DNA of 28,005 nucleotides, taken from Gemmatimonadaceae bacterium. Its GTDB lineage: Bacteria > Gemmatimonadota > Gemmatimonadetes > Gemmatimonadales > Gemmatimonadaceae. The position numbers and the translations under genes are program-made. This document shows, piece by piece, positions 1 to 8,565 of this stretch. How positions within the stretch are numbered: position 1 is the stretch's first letter; each line of letters opens with the position of its first letter. Under the pieces are notes generated by a model. The model ran no database searches. It was not told the origin of the DNA and saw nothing but the letters and a program-made list of their open reading frames with translations. The stretch lies in assembly GCA_044224875.1 (NCBI GenBank), contig JBGAJQ010000066.1, positions 1 to 28,005 of the forward strand. The letters run 5' to 3'.

Positions 1-1898
1 AAGTCGCGGCCCGCCAGCAACGGAATCCCGAGGGTCGTGAAATACTCCGGACTCACGGCCGTCTGCACGATCTGCGATTCGGTGCCGTCCGCGGGCACCT
101 CGCGGCCTTCGATCATGAACCCGTCGATGTTACTGTTGCCTTCGATCGGCAAGGACCAGCCTAACGCTGCCGCCTGGACTCCAGGAACGGCCCGCGTGCG
201 ATCGAGCACGGCGCTGACAAAGGTCTGCGTCCCTTGCGCGGAACCACCAATGCGCTGTGGCACGGCGAGCGCGATCGAGGTTACCGCCTCTGGGCGAAAG
301 CCCAGGTCCAACTGGGTGAGCCGGTGAAAGCTCTTGAGCATCAACCCCGCACCAACGAGCAACACGACGGACACCGATAGTTGCGCCACGACGAGCGCAT
401 TGCCCAACCGCCGCGTGTCGCCGCGCGCACTCTCTCGCTGGCCACCGCCACCAGCGAACGACTTCGTGCGCCTCGCGTGCACGATCGGCATCAGTCCAAA
501 CAGCAAGCCGCTGATCACGGAAACCATCAGCGTGAACGCGAGGACTCGCACGTCCACTCGCACTTCGTTGATGCGTGGCAGCGACGCCGCACTCGAATGG
601 GTGAACAGGCGCACCGCGACGTACGCCAGCGCGATTCCGATCACCGCCCCAACCAGCGCCAGCACGACGCTCTCTGTGAGCAGCTGGCGAAGCACTCGGC
701 GCCGCGAGGCACCCAGTGCGGCGCGGAGGCCGATTTCCCGCTCGCGTGCCGCCGCGCGGCTCGACAGCAACGTTGCCACATTGGCCGTCGCGATGAGCAG
801 AATCAGGGCGACAGCAACCAGCAGCACCAGAAGCGGCTGCGCCGTGCGTCCCGTGACCGCGTCGTGGAGTGGGCGCACAATGGTCGCCATTCGTGTTCGT
901 TCAGGTGCGGCGGCCGTCCCGGTACTTCGCGCCCACTCCCACATGATGGACGTCGTCTGGCGGCGCACATGCTCCAGGGTCACGCCCGGTTTCATCAGAC
1001 CGATGCCGGAATTGACGAATCCGAAACGCCAGTTCGGGTTCAGTCCCATTGGTATCCACAGCTTCACCTCCGGTCGCGGAAACGCGAAGCCGGCCGGCAT
1101 CACCCCAACGATCGTTAGGGGCTGCTCGTCGACTTCCAACGTCTTGCCCACCACCGCAGAGTCGCCACCAAAGAGCGTTTGCCACAACCCTTGGCTCAGG
1201 AGCACTACCGTGTTCTGTCCCGGTGTGTCGTCCTCACTTGTGAAGCTGCGTCCGAATGCCGGCGCCACCCCCAGCACATGGAAGAAGTCGGCCGTCACGC
1301 GAGTGGTGGAGAGTCTCGCCGGCCCACTCGGCAGTCGCACGGTGGAGCTGCCGGTACGGTACGCAGCAAACGCCTCGAAATCGGTGGTCCGATCCCGGTA
1401 CATGGCGATGTTCACCTGCGAGATGCCCCATGAATCCAGTCCCTTCTCCGGGTACGACTGGAGGAGGCTCACCAACCGCTCAGCATTCGGATATGGGAGT
1501 GGCTGGAGCAGAATGCCGTTCACCAGCGTGAACATCGCGGACGTCGCACCGATACCGAGCGCCAGGGTGATTGTGGCCACCGTGGTGAATGCCGGCATGC
1601 GGCGAAAGGTGCGCAATGCGTATCGGACATCGGATAGCACCGACTCGAACCATTCCATGGTGCTCACCTCCCTCGCGTGACCCTTGCCTATCGTGATGCA
1701 CTCGTCTCGAACACGGTCGGTGTCGCCGAAGCGCTCCCGTGCGCGAACCTTGGCGGCCGCCGGCTCCAATCCCAGGCGTTGCAGCTTCTCCTCGCGCATG
1801 GCGAGGTGAAACGCCAGCTCCTCATCCACATCTCGCTCCACGGATCGAGGGCCGAGGGGCAGGTGGAAGGCGCGACGCCAGGAGGGACCGTTGCTCAT
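1..1898 (-). CDS. ADOP-family (MacB/FtsX-like) duplicated ABC permease, 3' end runs off the left edge of the window
   Basis: Not in the ORF track because there is no stop in the window. Manual translation from ATG at 1898: MSNGPSWRRAFHLPLGPRSVERDVDEELAFHLAMREE...DVRYALRTFRRMPAFTTVATITLALGIGATSAMF, later REIGLRAALGASRRRVLRQLLTES (FtsX) and AVSPEYFTTLGIPLLAGRD in the same frame at the edge. Start overlaps the PadR stop (ATGA). Confidence 0.95.
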   Translation of the reverse strand, partial: MSNGPSWRRAFHLPLGPRSVERDVDEELAFHLAMREEKLQRLGLEPAAAKVRARERFGDTDRVRDECITIGKGHAREVSTMEWFESVLSDVRYALRTFRRMPAFTTVATITLALGIGATSAMFTLVNGILLQPLPYPNAERLVSLLQSYPEKGLDSWGISQVNIAMYRDRTTDFEAFAAYRTGSSTVRLPSGPARLSTTRVTADFFHVLGVAPAFGRSFTSEDDTPGQNTVVLLSQGLWQTLFGGDSAVVGKTLEVDEQPLTIVGVMPAGFAFPRPEVKLWIPMGLNPNWRFGFVNSGIGLMKPGVTLEHVRRQTTSIMWEWARSTGTAAAPERTRMATIVRPLHDAVTGRTAQPLLVLLVAVALILLIATANVATLLSSRAAAREREIGLRAALGASRRRVLRQLLTESVVLALVGAVIGIALAYVAVRLFTHSSAASLPRINEVRVDVRVLAFTLMVSVISGLLFGLMPIVHARRTKSFAGGGGQRESARGDTRRLGNALVVAQLSVSVVLLVGAGLMLKSFHRLTQLDLGFRPEAVTSIALAVPQRIGGSAQGTQTFVSAVLDRTRAVPGVQAAALGWSLPIEGNSNIDGFMIEGREVPADGTESQIVQTAVSPEYFTTLGIPLLAGRD

Positions 1899-2242
1899 GC
1901 TGGTTCGGCCGACGTCCGCCGTAGTGCTTCGGCGATCGCCTCGGCATGCCGGTGCCAGACCGGCGTCTCTGCCCGGAAGCGGGCACGTCCGGCCGCCGTC
2001 AGCTTGTAGAACTTCGCCCGACGATTGGACTCCGAGAGCCCCCACTCCGACGCAACCCACCCGCGTCGTTCCAACCGGTGCAGGGCGGGGTAGAGCGTCC
2101 CTTCCTCGAGCAGGAGGAGTGAATTGGTCGCCGACTCGATCCATTCACTGATCGCATAGCCGTGCATCGGCCCCCAGCTGAGCGTCTTGAGCACTAGTAG
2201 ATCGAGACTGCTGCGCAACAGGTCGGACTCGGTCGCTGCCAT
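1895..2242 (-). CDS. padR: PadR-family transcriptional regulator (ADOP-associated type)
   Basis: MAATESDLLRSSLDLLVLKTLSWGPMHGYAI...EEGTLYPALHRLERRGWVASEWGLSESNRRAKFYKLT is a typical PadR wHTH. Start trimmed to ATG 2242 from the longer track ORF. Confidence 0.93.
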   Translation of the reverse strand: MAATESDLLRSSLDLLVLKTLSWGPMHGYAISEWIESATNSLLLLEEGTLYPALHRLERRGWVASEWGLSESNRRAKFYKLTAAGRARFRAETPVWHRHAEAIAEALRRTSAEPA

Positions 2243-2249
2243 AACATTC

Positions 2250-2300
2250 CCCTTGTGACACAAGGGAACCGTATGCTGCGGCCCCTTGCGTCGCAAGGGG
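2250..2300. promoter_or_regulatory. Two related palindromes upstream of padR, probable PadR operators
   Basis: CCCTTGTG-A-CACAAGGG (2250-2266) and CCCCTTGCG-T-CGCAAGGGG (2282-2300). Both are perfect inverted repeats with a 1-bp spacer, centres 33 bp apart. Confidence 0.7.
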
Positions 2301-2424
2301 TCTGGAGCGACGACATCCGTCGTCTGATACATTGACCAGCCTTCTGTCAGCTTGGGCGTCGGCGTATCGTCTTTCGGCGCGCGCACGGCACCGCAGGGCG
2401 GGGTTGCGGCGGGAGCCGGTGAGC

Positions 2425-4062
2425 CTAGCGACGAGCGCGACTCAGCAACGTATCGAGCGGTGAAGGGCGTATCCACGGACGACATCCGGGAGGCGGATCC
2501 GTGGGCATCGGCGGGACGGGATACGTCGCGCCGTCCGCCGCATCGAGACGCAATCGATCCGTCAGGTCAAACAACTCGAGGGAGATGGTGCCATTGGTAA
2601 GCGACGGGAGTATCAGCGAGTCCCGCTTCGTTCCGATTGTCTGGAGGTACTGACGGAGCGAGGCGCGAGCGATGCGGAACGGCTGCCCGGTTCCACTCAG
2701 CAGCCACAACCGCGCGGTGCCGCGGAAGCGGTCCACGTCGCGGAGATACGAGCGGGTGTCCTTGGGGTCGCAGACAGCGGTGATGATGTCGCTCGGCGCC
2801 ATGCCGAAGTTGGGACCATAGAAGAGAAGTCCGACACGCGACAGCGGCATCGCGTAGACGACGTCTCCGGGCTGTCGATGCTGTCCGAGGTACGAGGCGA
2901 CCTGACGGCTGTGCTCGATGTCATACGGCGGCGGCGCGTCCACCAACGCAATCACCGACGGCACCATCAGTGCCCCCATCAGCGCGCCGCCGGCGCCCGG
3001 GGGTATCCGACCCACGGCCCGTCGCAACCACTCGGCGCCGGCGGCGATGGCGAGGAGCAGGCCAGGAATGAGATAAAAGACGAGTCGTCGGCTGAAGGGG
3101 AACTGGTGCGCGACCGCTGCCAGCAGCGCGACGACGAGAGGACCAAGAAGCAGCAGGGCCATGTCGCGCTTCTCGCGCAGGAGCGCCGCAATGCCGATGA
3201 AGGAGACAATGACGAACAACTCCGGGAATGCGTAGCGCAGGAGCGCCGGATCCGTGAAGAGAGCGACTCCCTGATTCCAGAACCAGAGTAGGTCGTTCGC
3301 GGACGTCATCGGGAGAGGGAAGAAGCCCGGTGCCCAGAACCTGTCCATGAATGCCTTGGTCGATGGGCTCATGCCGTGCAGGCCGACGAATACGGCGACC
3401 AGCGAGGCGGCGGCCCAGAGCGGAATCGTTATGCACAGCGCGCGCAGGACATGGCGTTGACGCGCATAGAGCCAGTGCACCGCGAGCGCGACGCCGATAC
3501 CGCCCATGACGACGACGGACGCCTGTGAGAACCAGGTGACGACGAAACCAAACAGGCCGATGACTACCATACGCCTGGTCGACACGTTTGGCTCGCTGAG
3601 TGTGACGCCAAGGAGCGTCAGTAGAATCGTGCTCATCGCGTCCACCTGGTACGGCTTGACTTCTGCCCCGAACTTCATGAACGGAATACCGATGGCGAAC
3701 AGCATCATGGCCACCGGCACCGCGAGCCCATCGAGCACCCGTTCGGCGAGACGCCTGAACAGGAAGATGGCGGCGATCCCGCAGATGAACGGGAAGAGGC
3801 GAAGTGCCATCTCGTGTTCGCCGAAGGCCAACACCGACAGCTTCTCGACAAGGAGAAAGCCGCGCGGTGCGACCTGATCGAGCTGCAGCGGCTGCGTCAG
3901 CAGCGCGCCCATCGGGAGGGACAGGATGTTGCTCGCCAGCAGGATCTCGTCCAACCAGAGCGCGGCGTTGGCGACGTACGCCCACACGTGCAACACCAGC
4001 GCCAAGAGCACGATGGCGGCAAGCACTCGCTTCGATTGCAGCGACGCCGTCAGCGGTGACAT
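2425..4062 (-). CDS. Polytopic membrane protein, glycosyltransferase family 39 / ArnT-PMT-like (GT-C fold)
   Basis: 545 aa with many hydrophobic helices. LWLDE motif after the first TM, then APRGFLLVEK, GEHEMALRLFPF and EVKPY, as in GT-C/PMT-like proteins. Soluble C-terminal domain. Confidence 0.7.
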   Translation of the reverse strand: MSPLTASLQSKRVLAAIVLLALVLHVWAYVANAALWLDEILLASNILSLPMGALLTQPLQLDQVAPRGFLLVEKLSVLAFGEHEMALRLFPFICGIAAIFLFRRLAERVLDGLAVPVAMMLFAIGIPFMKFGAEVKPYQVDAMSTILLTLLGVTLSEPNVSTRRMVVIGLFGFVVTWFSQASVVVMGGIGVALAVHWLYARQRHVLRALCITIPLWAAASLVAVFVGLHGMSPSTKAFMDRFWAPGFFPLPMTSANDLLWFWNQGVALFTDPALLRYAFPELFVIVSFIGIAALLREKRDMALLLLGPLVVALLAAVAHQFPFSRRLVFYLIPGLLLAIAAGAEWLRRAVGRIPPGAGGALMGALMVPSVIALVDAPPPYDIEHSRQVASYLGQHRQPGDVVYAMPLSRVGLLFYGPNFGMAPSDIITAVCDPKDTRSYLRDVDRFRGTARLWLLSGTGQPFRIARASLRQYLQTIGTKRDSLILPSLTNGTISLELFDLTDRLRLDAADGATYPVPPMPTDPPPGCRPWIRPSPLDTLLSRARR

Positions 4063-4374
4063 CCGCGTTGGCGCTACGTGCGGCGGCGCAAACGCGCCGC
4101 GCGCCGATTCTGGTCGTGCGGCATTGTCGTCACACGCGGGTTCAAGGTCCTAACGCTGCGCCTGCTGTGCTGCGGCGAAGAAAGTACCGAGAGCCGCCAA
4201 TGGACGCAAAGGGTGTGGCATCCGTGCGCCGCTCGTGTGTTGCTGGGCCGCGAGCGAGGGCAAGGACGAGCTTGGTCATTCGCGTTACGTTGGCTTTCCA
4301 GCGTCGACAGGGAGCTTGCCCCTTTGCATGGCGCTCAACGGCCGTCCCAGCGTCGTAACCCGCTTGATGATCGA

Positions 4375-4776
4375 CTACGATCGCAAGATGGCAAACCAGA
4401 CGATGACAAAGACGAGCGGGAGACCGCAGGCCGAGAACCACCCCATCGTCGACGTCCCCAGATGAACGTCAAGCCGCGGGCCCTTGTTGCGCTGACGCAG
4501 GGCAATCATGGCAGCACCGGCAGCAACAACTCCAATCAGGATCAAGAGGCTGGTGACAAACCCAACGACGGGGAGCCACCAAATCATCCGATCAATCTTC
4601 GGAAGCACCTCCGTTGCGGGCGTCGGGTTGCTCGAGCGGACCTGCAAGAGCAGCCCGTAACCGGCGAAGAGAAGCGTCTGTGAGACGAAGAGCCACGTAA
4701 TGCGATGGTTGATCAGGTCGTCTTCGTGCGTCCACTTCTCCCGCAGGTCCTCTGTTTGATCGCGCGTGCTTGACAT
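4375..4776 (-). CDS. Small membrane protein (about 3 TM), possibly RipA/8xMP-like oligomeric membrane protein
   Basis: 133 aa. N-terminal HEDDLINHRITWLFVSQTLLFAGY followed by hydrophobic helices. AGAG upstream of the ATG. Family match is from recall only. Confidence 0.6.
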   Translation of the reverse strand: MSSTRDQTEDLREKWTHEDDLINHRITWLFVSQTLLFAGYGLLLQVRSSNPTPATEVLPKIDRMIWWLPVVGFVTSLLILIGVVAAGAAMIALRQRNKGPRLDVHLGTSTMGWFSACGLPLVFVIVWFAILRS

Positions 4777-4992
4777 GTGGTTCTCTGTGATCTCATACGC
4801 AGACTCGTGAGAGGGTAAGGTTACCAGTCACCACGCCAGGTAGCAACGCACGCGCTGGATCGGGAACGTGCGAACACGTTCGTCTCTACGTCGCCTGCTT
4901 GGCGCGGTTGTGGACACAGGCCTCGCGCGCGATCTTGTTGCCACCCGACCGTCATCTTACAACCATCGCTCCGAACGTCAGGAGATGGAGCC

Positions 4993-5460
4993 ATGAACGC
5001 CCAGGTCTTCCAGATTGCTCCCGCTGCATCGAAGGCCATGTGGGCCTTCTTCATTGTGCTTGGTGTCGTGATGGCGGTGCTCGCCGGCATGCTCGCGATG
5101 ACTGCGCTCGGCTCTCGCAACGCGCGCTTCGAGGTGACGGGCGAGGGCCTGCGCCTAAATGGCGATCTTTATGGACGGTTGATTCCAGCGGCGTCGCTGC
5201 AAGCGGCCGCTGTGCGTCGCGTAGATCTCGTCACCGACCGCTCGTTGCAGCCGGCGTACCGGATGATGGGTACCGGCTTACCCGGATACCAGGCCGGGTG
5301 GTTTCATCTGCACAACGGTGAGCGGGCGCTGTTGTATCTGACGGATCGCCAACGGGCGGTCTATCTTCCGACCACCGAAGGCTTCAGCATTCTCTTGAGC
5401 CCTTCGGATCCTGATGCGTTCGTGACCGCGATTCACGGGCTCGGAAGACCTACGCAGTAG
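4993..5460 (+). CDS. Bacterial PH-domain membrane protein
   Basis: GGAG RBS, N-terminal TM helix, then RMMGTGLPGYQAGWFHLHNGERALLYLTD...ILLSPSDPDAFV typical of bacterial PH-domain proteins. Confidence 0.8.
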   Translation: MNAQVFQIAPAASKAMWAFFIVLGVVMAVLAGMLAMTALGSRNARFEVTGEGLRLNGDLYGRLIPAASLQAAAVRRVDLVTDRSLQPAYRMMGTGLPGYQAGWFHLHNGERALLYLTDRQRAVYLPTTEGFSILLSPSDPDAFVTAIHGLGRPTQ

Positions 5461-5573
5461 TAAGGCGCACCTCGCTCCGGTAGCACCACTCCGTTCCTTG
5501 AGCAGAGAGCGCGGACGATAGCGGCAGGGCCACGTTGGCGTCATGACCAGGCGTTCACACATTCCGTTCTGAG

Positions 5574-6365
5574 ATGATTCCTGACGTTCGATTCGAGGCG
5601 GAGTTCCTTCGAGCGGCGCTCTTGTTGGGGGCTGTTCGCGAACAGGACGTCCGTGATTGGGCGGACGCGCTCCTGATAGCCGGGGCGGAGCCGATTGCGC
5701 TGCTCTCCGATGTTGCGTTGGCCCCACCCGAGCTGACGGCGCTTCGCGAGGCGCTGCGACCGCTGGCCGCGCCATCGATCGTTGGAACGCTCGGAGACGC
5801 GGTGGTGACTTTTCTGGGGACGGAGCCGAGCGCAATCTCTCACCCTCTCAACGATCGGATCCGGCTACTCGGGCAACTTCGGCGCGAGGCGATCGTTGCA
5901 CCTGATCGGGCCACGTCGATCAAGGCGTTTGAAGACCGATCCATGCTTGCCTCGGCGGGGATCGGTGTCGACACTACGCTCGGCGATGACCTCGAGCGGT
6001 GGTTCGCTGCCGAAAGCGGGCCCCGATTCTATCGGTTCACCGTGCCTGACGCCGATGAAGCCGCCGCGCTGCTGGGTGCGTTGTCGCGAAAGGTCGTACG
6101 CGATCGCCGCATGGCGTTCTCGCCGCTCGGAGCGTGCCAGGCATGGAGGTGCGAGTCTGTGTCGCGCACGAGCCCCACGTTGCTGCTGAGCGCCGCCCTC
6201 TGGCAAATCGCTGTCGCCGAGTTCTCGCCGTTGCCGCTCGGGAGCCGTATTCCGTACGCCGGGATCCCGGCGAACTCCGTGCCCATTCTAGATGAGGCGA
6301 CGGCCGAGCCAATGGGCGCGCGCGAAGCTGGCGGTGGCCTTACTGCAACAGATACTCGCCGTTAG
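5574..6365 (+). CDS. Hypothetical protein
   Basis: 263-aa ORF with protein-like composition filling the gap between recognisable genes. No motif recognised. Confidence 0.65.
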   Translation: MIPDVRFEAEFLRAALLLGAVREQDVRDWADALLIAGAEPIALLSDVALAPPELTALREALRPLAAPSIVGTLGDAVVTFLGTEPSAISHPLNDRIRLLGQLRREAIVAPDRATSIKAFEDRSMLASAGIGVDTTLGDDLERWFAAESGPRFYRFTVPDADEAAALLGALSRKVVRDRRMAFSPLGACQAWRCESVSRTSPTLLLSAALWQIAVAEFSPLPLGSRIPYAGIPANSVPILDEATAEPMGAREAGGGLTATDTRR

Positions 6366-6536
6366 GTCGACAGCCACGACGCCTCAGCGCCGTCGCAGGC
6401 CCGCTGTCCGAGGCCCGCAGCCGCCCCTGGTCACTCGAGGCACCCCTCGGGCGAGCTGGCCGTCGCGGTAGACGTATCCTCGCGCCTTCGGCGTCCGTAA
6501 CAGGGGAGCACGTTTCCCTTGGCATGGAGAACGCGG

Positions 6537-6995
6537 ATGCAAATCGACGAGAAGGCTGTGCTCATAACCGGCGCCAACCGCGGCATCGGTCGCGCGCTGC
6601 TGGAAGAGGCACTCGCACGCGGTGCGGCGCGCGTGTACGCGGGCACTCGCACCCCATTTCGGCACGCTGACCCACGAGTCGTCCCTCTCGATCTTGACGT
6701 AACCGATGAACAAGGAGTTCGTCGCGCTGTCGATATCATCGAAAGGCTCGATGTGCTGATCAACAACGTCCTGCTCGGTCCTGTCGACACCGACATCAAC
6801 CGCGGCCTCGAAATCCCGAAGGCAGCGCCTTTGTTCGCCGCGAAGGGGATCCTCGATGGGCTCGCGGCTCGTGAGGAGGACATCTTCCCCGACCCCATGT
6901 CGCAGCAACTCGCCGACGGTTGGCGCTCCGGTCTGGTGAAGTCCTTCGAGCGTCAGAGCGCAGCAGCGATGCCTACCGCGGCGGAAGCTGCCTGA
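6537..6995 (+). pseudogene. Short-chain dehydrogenase/reductase with an in-frame internal deletion removing the catalytic core (open frame, probably non-catalytic)
   Basis: GGAG RBS and Rossmann motif ITGANRGIG. LDVLINN is joined directly to VLLGPVDTD, so the AG of NNAG, the catalytic Ser and YxxxK are absent. Only 152 aa versus roughly 240-250 for an SDR. Confidence 0.7.
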
Positions 6996-7166
6996 GTTGC
7001 AGCACGCGACATAGCGAATGCGATCGTCGCGGCAGGGAAGGCATGGCGAGTGTACGAACTCTTCCGTATGAGCCAGGTCGCCAACAGCTCCAACAGGCCG
7101 CAGCACGAGCGCGTCTCGCGCGTGCCACAGCCAACTCACTCACAGCACACCCACAGGAGTAAACCC

Positions 7167-7619
7167 ATGCAGGCTACAACGACAGACCTCTCGATGACGC
7201 TGGCCGTGGAACAATCGCCAGAACAGGTGTTCGCCGCCATCAAGGACTTCCGGCGGTGGTGGTCCGGGCGGTTCGAAGGAAGCGCCGACCATGTCGGCGA
7301 TGAGTTCACGTACCGCTACAACGACCTTCACACCTCCCGGCAGCGGGTGACCGAGCTCATTCCCGGTGTGCGCATCGTCTGGCACGTCATCGACAGCAGG
7401 CTCACCTTCCTCAACCATCAGTCTGAGTGGACGGGAACTGATATCGTCTTCGACATCGCACGAAAGGGTGACCTTACCGAGATTCGATTCACACACCTAG
7501 GCGTGAATCCCGACGCGGAGTGCTACCGGGCCTGCTCCGATGGGTGGGGCAGGTTGGTGAACGGCAACCTGCGGCGGTTGATCGCCACCGGGCAGAACCA
7601 ACCGGATGCATTCGCCTAA
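7167..7619 (+). CDS. SRPBCC/AHSA1 (START-like) domain protein
   Basis: AGGAG RBS before ATG 7167. SPEQVFAAI..RRWWSG..VGDEFTYRY..VTELIPGVRIVWHV..EWTGT.IVFDI..TEIRFTHLG..ECY.ACS.GW. Confidence 0.88.
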   Translation: MQATTTDLSMTLAVEQSPEQVFAAIKDFRRWWSGRFEGSADHVGDEFTYRYNDLHTSRQRVTELIPGVRIVWHVIDSRLTFLNHQSEWTGTDIVFDIARKGDLTEIRFTHLGVNPDAECYRACSDGWGRLVNGNLRRLIATGQNQPDAFA

Positions 7620-7629
7620 CGCGATCTCA

Positions 7630-8565
7630 ATGACCGAACCGACGCAAGACGTCAGGGAGTCGGGACCGTACGAGGCTCGCTACCGCGCGTTCATCGAAAC
7701 GGTCTCGACCCTCCGGCCGGCGCTCCACCGCTATTGCGCACGGATGGCCGGGTCCACCATGGACGGCGAGGACGTCGTTCAGGAGGCGCTGTTCGAGGCA
7801 TATCAGAAACTTGACCAGTACGACCACAGCCGTCCGCTCAAGCCGTGGCTCTTCCGCATCGCACACAACCGCTGCATCGACCACTTGCGTCGGCGCGGAG
7901 TTCGGGACGACGCGGAGGCCTCGGCCGCCGATGTGGAGCCGACGGTTACGGAGCCTGAGGAAGTCGGGCCCGGGAGCGCCGTCGAGTTTCTGGTGACGGC
8001 GCTTCCTCCCAAGGAGCGCGCCTGCATTCTCTTGAAGGACGTCTTCGATTACTCGCTCGCAGACATCGCCGACCTGGTTGACTCCACCGTGGGAGGCGTG
8101 AAGGCGGCGTTGAGTCGTGCGCGCGCCAAGCTGAGCACCGTTCCACGGAATGTGCCGAGAGCGCCTTCGGCTACATTGCCGCCAGAGTTGCGACAGATCA
8201 TGCAGCTCTACGTGGAGGCATTCAACCGAAAGGACTGGGACGGGGTGCGCGAGCTCATCAGTGCCGACGCGCAGTTGCGTGTAGCCGATCGGTTCGCCGG
8301 CCGATTTGCTCAGGCGTCGTACTTGGTACAGTACGCCAACTGGCCGTGGCCGTGGCGGCTGGCGTTAGGTGCGTTGGATGGTGAGCCGGTGGTGATGGTA
8401 TTGCGTGGTGACGGAGGTGAGTGGAGTCCGCACTCGGCGACTCGCATGCAGGTGGTGAACGGGAAGGTCACCGGCATCGCCGACTACATCCACTGTCCGT
8501 GGGTGTTGCGCGCTGCGATGACCTCAGCATACGAGGGCCTCACGGCACCGTATAACCACCGTTAG
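7630..8565 (+). CDS. ECF RNA polymerase sigma-70 factor with C-terminal SnoaL-like extension
   Basis: Region 2 LHRYCARMAGSTMDGEDVVQEA..WLFRIAHNRCID, region 4 LPPKERACILLKDVFDYSLADIA..VKAALSRAR, and SnoaL-like YVEAFNRKDWDGVRELISADA. Confidence 0.92.
   Translation: MTEPTQDVRESGPYEARYRAFIETVSTLRPALHRYCARMAGSTMDGEDVVQEALFEAYQKLDQYDHSRPLKPWLFRIAHNRCIDHLRRRGVRDDAEASAADVEPTVTEPEEVGPGSAVEFLVTALPPKERACILLKDVFDYSLADIADLVDSTVGGVKAALSRARAKLSTVPRNVPRAPSATLPPELRQIMQLYVEAFNRKDWDGVRELISADAQLRVADRFAGRFAQASYLVQYANWPWPWRLALGALDGEPVVMVLRGDGGEWSPHSATRMQVVNGKVTGIADYIHCPWVLRAAMTSAYEGLTAPYNHR

Noticed and set aside
334..1680. 448-aa + strand ORF in the track
   Set aside because: Antisense shadow of the ADOP permease. 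Ser/Thr/Arg-rich with no motifs, while the minus frame has clear MacB/FtsX motifs.
4083..4100. GCGGCGC-AAAC-GCGCCGC hairpin as a terminator
   Set aside because: Short GC stem with no U-tract, expected by chance at this GC content.
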